From Acidobacteriota bacterium (GTDB taxonomy: Bacteria; Acidobacteriota; Thermoanaerobaculia; Multivoradales; UBA5704): 64,000 bases of DNA. Position numbers and translations under genes: made by a program. Below, one piece after another: positions 1 through 9,340 of the stretch; position 1 is the stretch's first letter; the number at the start of each line of letters is the position of its first letter. The stretch spans positions 32,001 through 96,000 of the forward strand of contig JBDTZG010000007.1 of NCBI GenBank assembly GCA_040005235.1, given 5' to 3'. The notes beneath the pieces were generated by a model. It had not been told where the DNA came from and did not search any database. It saw only the letters and a list, made by a program, of their open reading frames with translations.

Positions 1-1
1 C

Positions 2-214
2 GGTCTCGCCGCGCCGTTCGCCTGGTACCTCGGCAACAAAGAGCTGCAGCTGATCGCCGCAGGTCAGTCCTCTCCCGCAGGTGAGGGCGCGGCGAAAACC
101 GGCAAGATTCTCGGCATGGTCGGCTCGGCCCTGCTGGTTCTCGGCCTGGCCTGGGTCTTCATCGGCGGCGGAATGGCCATCGTCCAAGCCATGGCGGCCA
201 ACGCCGGGAAGTAA
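2..214 (+). CDS. DUF4190-like membrane protein, 5'-truncated by window edge
   Basis: Frame 2 reads GLAAPFAWYLGNKELQLIAAGQSSPAGEGAAKTGKILGMVG...AGK*, the two-TM DUF4190 pattern. Confidence 0.65.
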   Translation, partial: GLAAPFAWYLGNKELQLIAAGQSSPAGEGAAKTGKILGMVGSALLVLGLAWVFIGGGMAIVQAMAANAGK

Positions 215-219
215 CACCT

Positions 220-627
220 CTGACCCTACGCTCCCTTCGGCCGCTCGCCCCGTGGGTCCTGGTCGGACTCGGCGGGTGGGCGGCCTTCGCCGTCCTTGCC
301 GCCTGGCAGCCGACGGGGGGCGCCGAGAATTCGATCTGCCTGTTCCGCCGCGCGACCGGCCTACCCTGCCCGGGTTGCGGCTTGACCCGGGGCTTCGCGG
401 CGCTCGCCAAGGGGCATTTCGGCCAGGCTTTCGCGTTCCACCCGTTCGTCTACGTGATCGCGCTCGAAGCGCTCGCCGGCTGGCTCGCTTGGGGATGGTT
501 CGCGGCGAAGGGACGCCCGTGGCCGGAGAGCTGGTCGCGGCGGGCCGGACCGGTCGTCACCGGCCACGTCGCCGCATTGCTCGCGCTTTGGCTCGGCCGC
601 CTCGCGACCGGCACCCTCCCCTGGTAG
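220..627 (+). CDS. DUF2752 family membrane protein
   Basis: CLFRRATGLPCPGCGLTR...AFAFHP motif; frame is open upstream of the ORF-track start (382), so the true start (possibly CTG 220) is uncertain. Confidence 0.8.
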   Translation: MTLRSLRPLAPWVLVGLGGWAAFAVLAAWQPTGGAENSICLFRRATGLPCPGCGLTRGFAALAKGHFGQAFAFHPFVYVIALEALAGWLAWGWFAAKGRPWPESWSRRAGPVVTGHVAALLALWLGRLATGTLPW

Positions 628-637
628 GCTCCGCGCC

Positions 638-952
638 GTGGCCATGATCACCCGGCGCCGCGCCTTTCTCGGCGCGATCCTTTTCTTCGTTCTGCTCGCC
701 CTCGACCAGCTTCAACGGCCGGAGCATCAGGTATCCGCGAACTTCCTGCTCTTGGCGATTCACGGCTACCAGGCGACGCTCTCCAAAGCGATGCCCGCGC
801 TCGGGGTCCGCTGCCGCTTCACCCCCTCGTGCAGCCATTACGGCGAAGGGGCGATCCGCAAATACGGTGCGGTGATGGGCTCGATCCGCACCGCCGGAAG
901 GATCGCCCGCTGCGGCCCGTGGACGCCGCTCGGGACTTACGATCCGCCTTGA
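638..952 (+). CDS. yidD: membrane protein insertion efficiency factor YidD
   Basis: YQ...CRFTPSCSHY...RIARCGPW...YDPP motif. Confidence 0.9.
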   Translation: MAMITRRRAFLGAILFFVLLALDQLQRPEHQVSANFLLLAIHGYQATLSKAMPALGVRCRFTPSCSHYGEGAIRKYGAVMGSIRTAGRIARCGPWTPLGTYDPP

Positions 953-979
953 GGTTGACAGGGGAGGCGGCGGACGGCG

Positions 980-1528
980 ATGCTCGCGTGCATGGCCGAC
1001 GATCGATTGGATTATCAGGAGCTGGTGCGCGAGGCGTTGCGCGATGTCGTAAGGCGCTGCATGGAGGTCGTGGCCGAAGAGGGTGGGCTGCCGGGCGACC
1101 ATTTCTTCTACGTGAGTTTCCGCTCCAGCTTCCCCGGGGTGCGCATCCCGGCGTTCCTCCGCGATAGCTATCCGGACGAGGTGACGATCATCCTTCAGCA
1201 TCAGTTCTGGGACCTGGAGGTCGATCGCGAGGCGTTTTCCGTCTCGCTCAACTTCAACGCCTCGCGCCAGCGGGTCACCGTGCCCTACGAGGCTCTCACC
1301 TCGTTCGTCGATCCGTCGGCGGAATTCGGCCTGCGCTTCGGCCCGGTCGAGCCGGAAGAGGCGAAGGGGACGGAGGTCCGCGGGCCGCGCTCCATCGATC
1401 GGGGAACCCCGGGCGAAAACCGGCCGGCCGGCGTCCCTACGAACGTTCCCGAACCGGTCGGCGCCCCGGCGGGCGACGGCGGCAAAATCGCGGGCGTCCT
1501 GCCGTTCGATCCCTCTCGTCGCCGGTGA
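980..1528 (+). CDS. sspB: ClpXP adaptor SspB (alphaproteobacterial type)
   Basis: LPGDHFFYVSF, YPDEVTIILQHQFWDLEV, FVDPSAEFGLRF; C-terminal basic tail. Confidence 0.85.
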   Translation: MLACMADDRLDYQELVREALRDVVRRCMEVVAEEGGLPGDHFFYVSFRSSFPGVRIPAFLRDSYPDEVTIILQHQFWDLEVDREAFSVSLNFNASRQRVTVPYEALTSFVDPSAEFGLRFGPVEPEEAKGTEVRGPRSIDRGTPGENRPAGVPTNVPEPVGAPAGDGGKIAGVLPFDPSRRR

Positions 1529-1609
1529 CTTGGGACCAACGTCCGTAGCGAGCGGCGGCACCGTCCTGCCGGGGATGACAGGTTTCGGGTAAGCGCGGGC
1601 GGCGATTCG

Positions 1610-1625
1610 TGGCATCGGCTTTGCT
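1610..1625 (+). promoter_or_regulatory. sigma54 (-24/-12) promoter
   Basis: TGGCATCGGCTTTGCT, GG-N10-GC, about 45 nt upstream of GGAGGA + ATG 1669. Confidence 0.65.
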
Positions 1626-1668
1626 GTTTCGTTCCTGCGCAGGTTTCATTTCCCGGAGGAACATCGTC

Positions 1669-2727
1669 ATGAAGGCCCGTGGTTTCGCCCCTTTGATTCC
1701 TACGCTCGTTTTCGCGGCGCTCGCCGCGTGCTCGCCTCAGCAGGCTTCGAAATCCGGTGCGGAAGAGTCGCCCGCGCCGGTCGCGATCGCTCAGACTTCG
1801 CCCGCCCCGGCCTCTGAAGTCGTCTCCGAGGCGGATGCCCGCACCCATGACGAGCTGGGGGCCGGCCATGAGGTGGCGCCCGCCGAGCCCGCTCCGGAAC
1901 CCTCGCCTTCGGTGGATCTCAAAGCGGCGGATCTCGAAGCGAAGGAACGCGAGCTGGCCCGCCGCGAGCGCGACCTGCGCGCCCGTGAGGCCCGGGTTGC
2001 GAGAACGGCGATCCCGAAGCCGGCGCGCGACGTGGCTCCGAAACCGGCACCGGAACCGGCCCCGGCCGAGCCGGAGGCGATCGCCCCGGAAGACTCCGAG
2101 AACCCGGAGATCGCCGAAGGCACCGAGCCGGGAGACGATGCGGATCGCGGCTACGACTCAGAGCCTGCCGATCAGCCGGAGCCCGAGCGCGCGCCCCCGG
2201 TCACCGTGCCAGCTGGAGCGCACCTGACGGTCGAGCTTCTCGGCGGTCTGTCGAGTGCCACCGCAAAGACCGGCGACACCTTCCGGGTTCGGGTCGCTCG
2301 GGACGTCGGTGTCGACGGCGAGACCGTCATTCCTGAAGGGGCGGAGGTCCAGGGCGTGGTCGGCGAGGCCTCGGGTGCCCGCCGCGGCTCGCCCGCGCGG
2401 CTGGAGCTGCGGTTCACCGACCTGGTGCTCCCTGACGGCGAGACCCTGCCGATCCACGCCGTGCTGCAGCAGATCGGCGAGCAAGCCTCGCCCGGCCGCA
2501 AGGCGGCGGCGGTGGGCGGCGGTGCGGCGGCCGGAGCGGTGCTCGGCCGGGCCCTGAGCGGCAGCGGGTCGCGCGGCGCGGGAACCGTGATCGGCGCGCT
2601 GGTGGGCGCCCTCGCCGGCGCGGCGATCGCTTCGCACTCGACACCCGAGCAGATCGAGATCCCGGCGGGGACCCTGATGGTCCTGAAACTCGATCGCGAC
2701 GCGGAGATCGGCGGCGGCGCGCGGTAA
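1669..2727 (+). CDS. lipoprotein with Pro/Glu-rich linker and C-terminal glycine-zipper-containing domain
   Basis: RBS GGAGGA; lipobox LAAC; AAAVGGGAAAGAVLG...GTVIGALVGALAG zipper. Confidence 0.75.
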   Translation: MKARGFAPLIPTLVFAALAACSPQQASKSGAEESPAPVAIAQTSPAPASEVVSEADARTHDELGAGHEVAPAEPAPEPSPSVDLKAADLEAKERELARRERDLRAREARVARTAIPKPARDVAPKPAPEPAPAEPEAIAPEDSENPEIAEGTEPGDDADRGYDSEPADQPEPERAPPVTVPAGAHLTVELLGGLSSATAKTGDTFRVRVARDVGVDGETVIPEGAEVQGVVGEASGARRGSPARLELRFTDLVLPDGETLPIHAVLQQIGEQASPGRKAAAVGGGAAAGAVLGRALSGSGSRGAGTVIGALVGALAGAAIASHSTPEQIEIPAGTLMVLKLDRDAEIGGGAR

Positions 2728-2741
2728 AGGTTGAAGTTTGA

Positions 2742-2770
2742 TTGACACGACCCTCACCCTCGGTTAGCCT
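2742..2770 (+). promoter_or_regulatory. sigma70 promoter of the metH leader
   Basis: TTGACA-N17-TAGCCT directly upstream of the riboswitch. Confidence 0.7.
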
Positions 2771-2777
2771 CTCGGCA

Positions 2778-2915
2778 GCATTGCGAGAGGCTCCGCCGAA
2801 AGCGCGGGGCACGGCAACCTGGGGCGGACACCCAAGGTGCCATCCTGTTCGGAAGTCGGGTCGAACCCGAACGGGGATGCGGCCGATTCGAAAGAGTCGG
2901 CAACGAACTGTCCGC
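2778..2915 (+). ncRNA. SAM-I/IV-type riboswitch aptamer
   Basis: P1 GCAT/ATGC, GAGAG junction, GGCAACC...GGTGCC P3, P4 TCCTGTTCGG/CCGAACGGGGA, P5 GCCGATTC-GAAA-GAGTCGGC, and pseudoknot of L3 GCGGACA (2824-2830) with TGTCCGC (2909-2915); lies upstream of metH. Confidence 0.85.
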
Positions 2916-2925
2916 GGCGCACGAT

Positions 2926-2963
2926 AAGCCCGTTCTCGCGATGTTTGGCGATGCGGGCTTTTT
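2926..2963 (+). terminator. intrinsic terminator (riboswitch expression platform)
   Basis: AAGCCCGT...GCGGGCTT stem followed by a T run, before the metH start. Confidence 0.7.
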
Positions 2964-2987
2964 CGTTGGCCCGGGAAAGTACAGGCC

Positions 2988-5900
2988 GTGATGGCAACCG
3001 TTCCCGTCGTACCCGTGGAAATTCCGATCCCTCCGATTCCGGCGGATCTCGAAACCCGCCGCGATCTGCTGATCCGAGCGCTCGCCGAGCGCATTCTGGT
3101 GCTCGACGGCGCCACCGGCACGGCGCTCCAGGCGGCGGACCTCACCGCCGCGGATTTCGGCGGGCCGGAGCTCGAAGGGTGCAACGAGAACCTCTGCCGC
3201 ATCCGGCCGGACGTCGTCGACGGCGTCCACGAGCGCTACCTGAAAGCGGGCTGCGACATCGTCGAAACCGACTCGTTCGGCGGCACGCCCCTGGTGCTGG
3301 CCGAATACGGCTTAGCCTCCGATGCCTTCGAGCTGAACCGCCTCTCCGCTGCGATCGCCCGCACGGCCTGCGCGCGCTGGGACTCAACCCAGAAGCCGCG
3401 ATTCGTCGCGGGCTCGATGGGGCCGACGACGCGAGCGATCTCGGTCACCGGCAACGTCACCTTCGAAGAGCTTCAGGAGACCTTCCGGATTCAGGCGCTC
3501 GGCCTGATGGCGGGCGGTGCCGACTATCTGTTGCTCGAAACCGCGCAGGACACCCGCAACGTCAAGGCCGGCCTGATCGGCATCGAAGAAGCGTTTACCC
3601 AGGCCGGTTGGCGGATTTCGGTCGCGGTCTCCGCGACGTTCGAGACCACGGGCACGCTGCTCGGCGGCCAGGACGCCGAAGCGCTGGTCGCGTCGGTCGC
3701 CCACGCCGACCTGCTCTATCTGGGGATCAACTGCGCAACCGGCCCGGAGCGGATGACCGATCCCCTGCGGACGCTCGCCGAGCTAGCTCAGGTGCGGGTG
3801 GCCTGCGTGCCGAACGCGGGGCTCCCCGACGAGGAAGGCTGCTACCGCGAAGGCCCCGAGGTGTTCGAGAAGGTGTTCGGCCGCTTTCTGGACGCCGGCT
3901 GGCTCAACGTGGTGGGCGGCTGCTGCGGCACGACCGACGCCCACGTCCGCTCGCTGGTCGCCCTGGTCGAGGGGCGCAAGCCCCGCGCCGTGCCGCACCA
4001 TCATCGGGCGTGGGTCTCCGGCCTCGAAGCGGTCGAGCTGACCGACGACAACCGGCCGCTCCTGGTGGGCGAGCGGACGAACGTGCTCGGCAGCCGGAAG
4101 TTCAAGCGGCTGATCGCCTCCGGCGAGATCGAAGCCGCCGCGGAGGTTGGCCGTGCCCAGGTCCGGGCGGGCGCCCAGGTGCTCGACGTCTGCCTTCAAG
4201 ATCCCGACCGCGACGAGCGCGGCGACGTCGAGGCGTTTCTTGGCCGGCTGATTCGCCTGGTCAAGGCGCCCCTGATGATCGATTCGACCGACGCGGTGGT
4301 GATGGCGCGGGCGCTCACCTACTGCCAGGGCAAGTCGATTCTCAACTCGATCAACCTCGAAGACGGCCGCGTCCGCTTCGACCGGGTGGTGCCGATGGCG
4401 AAGAGCTTCGGCGCCGCGCTGGTGGTCGGCACGATCGACGAGAAGGGAATGGCGGTCACGGTCGAACGGAAAGTCGAGATCGCGCAGCGCAGCTTCCATC
4501 TGCTCACCGACGAGTTTCGCATCCCGCCCGAGGACATCTGGTGGGACGCGCTGGTCTTCCCTTGCGGCACGGGCGACGCGGCCTACATCGGCTCGGCGGC
4601 CCAGACCATCGCGGGGGTGGCGGCGCTCAAAGAACAGTTCCCGGAGGCCAAGACGATCTTGGGCGTTTCCAATGTCAGCTTCGGCCTGCCGGAGGCCGGG
4701 CGCGAGGTGCTCAACTCGGTCTTCCTCTACCACGCGACCAAAGCCGGGCTCGACGCGGCGATCGTCAACACCGAAAAACTCGCCCGCTACGCCGACATCC
4801 CGGAAGAGGAGCGCGCGCTCGCCGAGGCGCTGATCTTCCTACCACCCGGCGATGTCGAAGGATCGGAGCGGGCGATCACCGAGTTCACCGCCTACTTCCG
4901 CGGCCGGACCGGAACCGCAGCGCGCACCACGTCGCGCGCCGAGCTGCCGCTCGAACAGCGGATCGCCCGCGCGGTAGTCGAAGGCTCAAAGGAGGGGCTC
5001 GAAGCCGATCTCGAAGCGGCCCTCGCCGATCCGCGCTGGCCCGCGCCGCTCGACCTGATCAACGGCCCGCTGATGGCCGGCATGGCCGAGGTCGGCCGCC
5101 TGTTCAACGACAACCAGCTGATCGTGGCGGAGGTCCTCCAGAGCGCCGAGGTGATGAAGGCTGCGGTGTCGTTTCTCGAATTGCGGATGGAAAAAGTCGA
5201 AGGGAGCACGCGCGGCAAGATTCTGCTCGCAACGGTCAAAGGGGACGTCCACGACATCGGCAAGAACCTGGTCGACATCATCTTGTCGAACAACGGGTTC
5301 CAAGTCATCAACCTGGGGATCAAGGTGCCGTCCGAGAGGCTGATCGACGCCGTCCGCGAGCACAAGCCCGACCTGATCGGCCTCTCCGGCCTGCTGGTCA
5401 AATCGGCGCAGCAGATGGTGATCACGGCGGACGACCTGAAGGTCGCGGGGATCGACCTCCCGTTGATCGTCGGCGGCGCCGCGCTCACCCGGAGGTTCAC
5501 CCATCGGAAGATCGCGATGGCCTACGGCGGATTGTGTACCTACGCCAAGGACGCCATGCACGGCCTGTCGCTGGTCGAGCGCCTGACCGACCCGGCGGCG
5601 CGCCCGGCGCTCGAACGCGAGGTGGCCGAGATCCAAGCCGCCGACCGGGTGGATGCGGTCGAGTCCTCCGCGCCGAGCGAGGGAAGCACGGCGGCGCCCG
5701 TGATCGTCCGTCGCGATTTGATCGCACCTCCTCCGCCCGATTTCGAGCGCCATGTGGAAGATCTCGATCTCGATAAGGTCTGGAGCTTCTTGAATCCGCA
5801 GATGGTCTACGGCAAACACCTCGGCCTGCGCGGCTCGGTCAAGAAGCTCGAAGAGGCGGGGGACGAGCGGCTGGCGAAGCTGCGTGCCTTGATCGAGGAG

Positions 5901-6494
5901 CTTCAGGAAATCGGGCGCGGAGGCGCGATCCACGCTCGCGCGGTCTGGCGTTTCTTCCCTGCCGAGGCGGAAGGGGACCGGATTACCTTGCGCTGCCCAG
6001 GGACCGGTGGGGTCGCCGCCGAATGGACCTTTCCGCGTCAGGCGCGCGATGGAGGCTTGTGCCTTTCGGACTACGTGCTGCCGAACGATTCGATCGCCCT
6101 GTTCGTCACCACCGCGGGAGAAGGAGTCCGCGAGCGGGTCGAGACCTGGAAAAACAACGGCGAATATCTAAAAAGCCACGCCTTCGCGGCGCTCGCTCTA
6201 GAAACCGCCGAAGCCGCCGCCGAATATCTGCACCACAGGTTGCGCGCCGAATGGGGTTTCCCCGCCCCCCCCGATCTTTCGATGACCGATCAACTCGCCG
6301 CCCGCTACCGAGGCAAGCGCTACAGCTTCGGTTACCCGGCTTGTCCCGACCTCGCTTTTCAGCGCCAACTGTTTACCGCGCTCTCGCCCGAAGAGATCGG
6401 CGTACATCTCACCGAGGGCGACATGATGGACCCGGAGGCGAGCGTCTCGGCGCTGGTTTTGGAGCATCCGGATGCTCGGTATTTTGGGGTGTGA
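2988..6494 (+). CDS. metH: B12-dependent methionine synthase
   Basis: LDGATGT, GGCCGT Zn motif, GERTN pterin domain, GDVHDIGKN cobalamin motif, RYSFGYPACPDL activation domain. Confidence 0.97.
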   Translation: MMATVPVVPVEIPIPPIPADLETRRDLLIRALAERILVLDGATGTALQAADLTAADFGGPELEGCNENLCRIRPDVVDGVHERYLKAGCDIVETDSFGGTPLVLAEYGLASDAFELNRLSAAIARTACARWDSTQKPRFVAGSMGPTTRAISVTGNVTFEELQETFRIQALGLMAGGADYLLLETAQDTRNVKAGLIGIEEAFTQAGWRISVAVSATFETTGTLLGGQDAEALVASVAHADLLYLGINCATGPERMTDPLRTLAELAQVRVACVPNAGLPDEEGCYREGPEVFEKVFGRFLDAGWLNVVGGCCGTTDAHVRSLVALVEGRKPRAVPHHHRAWVSGLEAVELTDDNRPLLVGERTNVLGSRKFKRLIASGEIEAAAEVGRAQVRAGAQVLDVCLQDPDRDERGDVEAFLGRLIRLVKAPLMIDSTDAVVMARALTYCQGKSILNSINLEDGRVRFDRVVPMAKSFGAALVVGTIDEKGMAVTVERKVEIAQRSFHLLTDEFRIPPEDIWWDALVFPCGTGDAAYIGSAAQTIAGVAALKEQFPEAKTILGVSNVSFGLPEAGREVLNSVFLYHATKAGLDAAIVNTEKLARYADIPEEERALAEALIFLPPGDVEGSERAITEFTAYFRGRTGTAARTTSRAELPLEQRIARAVVEGSKEGLEADLEAALADPRWPAPLDLINGPLMAGMAEVGRLFNDNQLIVAEVLQSAEVMKAAVSFLELRMEKVEGSTRGKILLATVKGDVHDIGKNLVDIILSNNGFQVINLGIKVPSERLIDAVREHKPDLIGLSGLLVKSAQQMVITADDLKVAGIDLPLIVGGAALTRRFTHRKIAMAYGGLCTYAKDAMHGLSLVERLTDPAARPALEREVAEIQAADRVDAVESSAPSEGSTAAPVIVRRDLIAPPPPDFERHVEDLDLDKVWSFLNPQMVYGKHLGLRGSVKKLEEAGDERLAKLRALIEELQEIGRGGAIHARAVWRFFPAEAEGDRITLRCPGTGGVAAEWTFPRQARDGGLCLSDYVLPNDSIALFVTTAGEGVRERVETWKNNGEYLKSHAFAALALETAEAAAEYLHHRLRAEWGFPAPPDLSMTDQLAARYRGKRYSFGYPACPDLAFQRQLFTALSPEEIGVHLTEGDMMDPEASVSALVLEHPDARYFGV

Positions 6495-6507
6495 GGTCGC
6501 TGCAGGG

Positions 6508-6693
6508 TTATGCGCGCCTCAACACCGTTTCTTCTCGTTCCAGGTGCAGCCGAGACAGTTTCTCCTTGGCTGCAGCGGCGCGAAGTCGATAGAACGCGAT
6601 CAGCTCCTCGGCAGACAGGTTCTTGGTTTCTTCATATAGCTCATCGCGAATTCGGCGCACCCAACCGACCGCGTCGATTTCATGATCTTCCAT
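6508..6693 (-). CDS. small helical protein, probable antitoxin-like partner of a PIN toxin
   Basis: IDAVGWVRRIRDELYEETK resembles small proteins that follow PIN-domain genes. Confidence 0.55.
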   Translation of the reverse strand: MEDHEIDAVGWVRRIRDELYEETKNLSAEELIAFYRLRAAAAKEKLSRLHLEREETVLRRA

Positions 6694-6740
6694 AGCTCGT
6701 CACCTCGCGGGGTGAGTAGATCTGCGCAGGCCGGATTTAC
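6677..6740 (-). pseudogene. C-terminal remnant of a PIN-domain toxin
   Basis: Reads ...PAQIYSPREVTSYGRS*, overlapping the small gene start; IYSPxEV is a typical PIN C-terminus; no 5' part present. Confidence 0.4.
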
Positions 6741-6747
6741 CTACCCT

Positions 6748-7020
6748 CTATGCCGCCCGGAGTGGAAGGTAGTCCTGCTCGCCCAAAGGCAGCTCGCCGA
6801 GGTCCGATAGAAGCTGGTTGAGGCGCCCAAGAGCCACCGCCTGTGGGGCAGTGATCTCGACCCCCAAGGGTCGTCCGTTCGAGGAGTAGTCCACGACCAG
6901 CAGTCCGTCCGATGACGCCGCGGTCCTGGTGCTCCTCTGGCCGGTCGGATGCGATAGGTGCAGATACGCCGCAAAGGGACGACCTTTTCGGTAGGTGATC
7001 TGTAAGGTTCGTTCCGTCAT
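6748..7020 (-). CDS. DUF2283 family protein (putative antitoxin)
   Basis: AAYLHL...GLLVVDY...GRPLGVEI motif. Confidence 0.75.
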   Translation of the reverse strand: MTERTLQITYRKGRPFAAYLHLSHPTGQRSTRTAASSDGLLVVDYSSNGRPLGVEITAPQAVALGRLNQLLSDLGELPLGEQDYLPLRAA

Positions 7021-7211
7021 TCGGACACCTCGTACATAGTCACGACGACGAGCAAAGCCAGTTCAGGATCCGGCTCGACGATCACGATCCACGGGCGCCG
7101 CGCCTTACGGGTGTAGATCATGAATCGACCTTCGACCACGCCGGGCTCGAAGCGCGCGGCGCGCTCCAGCATAGCCCGAACTTCGATCTCGGTCACACCC
7201 CGCTGCTCCAT
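7017..7211 (-). CDS. DUF4258 family protein (putative toxin), probably 5'-truncated
   Basis: RMEQRGVTEIEV...WIVIVEPD...LVVVTMY; overlaps the DUF2283 start; borders the low-GC insert. Confidence 0.65.
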   Translation of the reverse strand: MEQRGVTEIEVRAMLERAARFEPGVVEGRFMIYTRKARRPWIVIVEPDPELALLVVVTMYEVSE

Positions 7212-7345
7212 CCGCAGCTCGGCAGGACATACAATTGAGTATGTTCCATTAATGCGAACGCAGCTACCGAAATCGACGGAGTGAGACCGGAGCGGTTTTA
7301 GTCAGCATCGTTCGCGTAGCGAAGCCCCGACTCACTTCGGTCTTG

Positions 7346-7975
7346 TCACGCTGGTTTTTTGTTCGCCGGTCCACCCGTATCTAACGCCACATTTCTTACT
7401 ATCTGCACGCACTTCCAAACATCGCCCGAATCACATGAGACCCTTGCGAAATAGGTTACAACCCACGCTTGCGCATGAAAAGTGCGATAAGTTTGGAACC
7501 GCCCTGTCTCACCCGTGTCAACGACAGCGACTCGCAATGCACCATCGGTCAGCTCCAGAGAATCTTTCCAGTGATCGATAGTGTCTATTGGCTGAGACCC
7601 TGACTCGTCGCTTACGAGGACTGCAACAGCGGGCCGGGGATTCCAGATAGCACTTCCTCCAACGTTCTTGAGTGACAGCGAAATCGTATGCAGCATGAGG
7701 CCGCTAGGTAGTGAGTGGACACAGACATTCAGATCTAGCTCTGCGCGGGTAGCGAGCGTGCGTCCATGGAAGAAGCGGAAATATGACAAGACAGCACCAA
7801 CTATAACAACAATGATATTGACAAAACTAGATGTTGCATCTAGCGCTTCCTTGTGCGCTTTAAGCGTATCCCATGTGATAATGCCTGACTTGATCAAGTT
7901 TGCTACACTCAGTACGAGGATAGCAACACTCAGAAATGCAATCGCAAGCCCCCGACGGCGTCCTGACCAGATCAT
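7346..7975 (-). CDS. hypothetical membrane-anchored protein in low-GC insert
   Basis: 209-aa ORF with two hydrophobic N-terminal segments and atypical codon usage. Confidence 0.6.
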   Translation of the reverse strand: MIWSGRRRGLAIAFLSVAILVLSVANLIKSGIITWDTLKAHKEALDATSSFVNIIVVIVGAVLSYFRFFHGRTLATRAELDLNVCVHSLPSGLMLHTISLSLKNVGGSAIWNPRPAVAVLVSDESGSQPIDTIDHWKDSLELTDGALRVAVVDTGETGRFQTYRTFHAQAWVVTYFARVSCDSGDVWKCVQIVRNVALDTGGPANKKPA

Positions 7976-7979
7976 TTAT

Positions 7980-8078
7980 TCACCTGAAAAAAAGAACGCC
8001 CAAGACGACCAAAATACCAGTAAGAAAAATGATTACCCAAAAGTTGATGACTCGTGTCTGCTTACGCGCCATGGCCAC
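7980..8078 (-). CDS. small single-TM peptide (32 aa)
   Basis: AGGAGG 8 nt before GTG; MAMARKQTRVINFWVIIFLTGILVVLGVLFFR*; stops 4 nt before the 209-aa ORF. Confidence 0.5.
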   Translation of the reverse strand: MAMARKQTRVINFWVIIFLTGILVVLGVLFFR

Positions 8079-8659
8079 GGTGACTTCCTCCTAAGGAGTT
8101 ACGGGTTGCCGAGAGTGTTCAACTTTTAAGCTCGCGCCAAATCCTACCTGCCTATAACCACCCATATCGCCCAGCAGTGTCGGAGGCATACGAAGTGCCT
8201 GCGCTACGATGCGCTGCCTTACCGTTTCCTTGAATTTCTAACCTATGCCGACGCTACCTCCAAATGGTCTTGGTTGTCAAAGCAAGATCTCTACCTCGAC
8301 GGTGAACAACGCGCGTCGAGCGTTCTGACCCCGCACTCGTCGCCCGCCGCAATTTGGCGGCGCGCGGCGTCGTCAGGGTGGATCAGAGGGGTGGCGACTC
8401 CTGGTCGCCACCGCTGCTTCGGCACGTTGGCGAAGATCGAATACAGAGAGTTTGATCCGCTGGCGTCATCAGGGCGAACGGGTATTCGAGAGACAGGGCG
8501 GCATTGCGCTGCGACGTCTCGTGCGAGGGCGTGAAGCCCGCGACCGGATCCAATCCGGACGGCGCCATTCTCTCGGAACGAATTCCAAGTTGCCGGACGC
8601 GGTCGGAAAGGCGTCGGAGCAGTAGGAGCCGATTGGGATAGCGGAGTCGCATCACGACC

Positions 8660-9040
8660 TCAGACCCTCTCCACCATGACGTCATGTGCATATTGAGCGA
8701 GAGCGCCGAGATCTCCGACATCCGAGGTCAGCACTGTTCCGCCTGGCTCGGCCAAGGCGACTACGAGCGCATCGACGGCCGAGCCTCGCCGCGCTAGGGT
8801 GCGTAACTGCGCTGCTCTCCGCGCCAGCGGTTCGCCGATCTCCTCCACGATGTCGCACGACTTGAGAAGGCTGTTCGGGAGAGCGTCGCGGCCCGGATGC
8901 CCTTGTAGACACTCCACGAGAACGATGGAGGGAACGAGGGGCGGCCAAAGTCCCACTCCGCGCAGCGTCGAGATTAGAGCTGTGACTTGCCGAGACCGTT
9001 CGGCCAAGCGGCTGACACCGCCCGAATCGAGAACCAGCAA
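8660..9040 (-). CDS. vapC: VapC/PIN domain toxin
   Basis: LVLDSG, VLVE, SAVDALVVA, LTSDxxDL acidic PIN residues. Confidence 0.85.
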   Translation of the reverse strand: MLVLDSGGVSRLAERSRQVTALISTLRGVGLWPPLVPSIVLVECLQGHPGRDALPNSLLKSCDIVEEIGEPLARRAAQLRTLARRGSAVDALVVALAEPGGTVLTSDVGDLGALAQYAHDVMVERV

Positions 9041-9045
9041 GACGG

Positions 9046-9294
9046 TCAGCCCACCTTGCGTGCGGGTTGTCGCGCAATCCGCCGCACGATGGTGGCAGCA
9101 TGCGCGCGCTCCGCTTCAGAAGGTGGTCCCACCTCGGCGATCAGATCCGCAATGTAACGGTCGGTTTCGGCGAGCAGGTCCTGTCGTCGCAATTCCGCGC
9201 GTAGAGCCTTCTGAAGTAGCTCTGAGGCCGGAAGACCGCGGGCTTTCACCAGCTCGTACAGATCTTCGGGAAGGTAAACTTGCATGCGGGCCAT
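9046..9294 (-). CDS. RHH antitoxin (CcdA/VapB-like)
   Basis: MARMQVYLPEDLY...PASELLQKAL ribbon-helix-helix; TATACT 7 nt upstream of ATG (leaderless). Confidence 0.8.
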   Translation of the reverse strand: MARMQVYLPEDLYELVKARGLPASELLQKALRAELRRQDLLAETDRYIADLIAEVGPPSEAERAHAATIVRRIARQPARKVG

Positions 9295-9340
9295 GCGCCT
9301 AAGTATACGCCCACGATAGCCGCGAGTGGCCGCTGCAACT

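Noticed and set aside
2837-5776. 979-aa alternative-frame ORF over metH
   Set aside because: Arg/Gly/Pro-rich shadow ORF typical of high-GC DNA; no motifs
8290-8650. Short ORFs between the low-GC insert and vapC
   Set aside because: No RBS or recognisable motifs; cannot be supported
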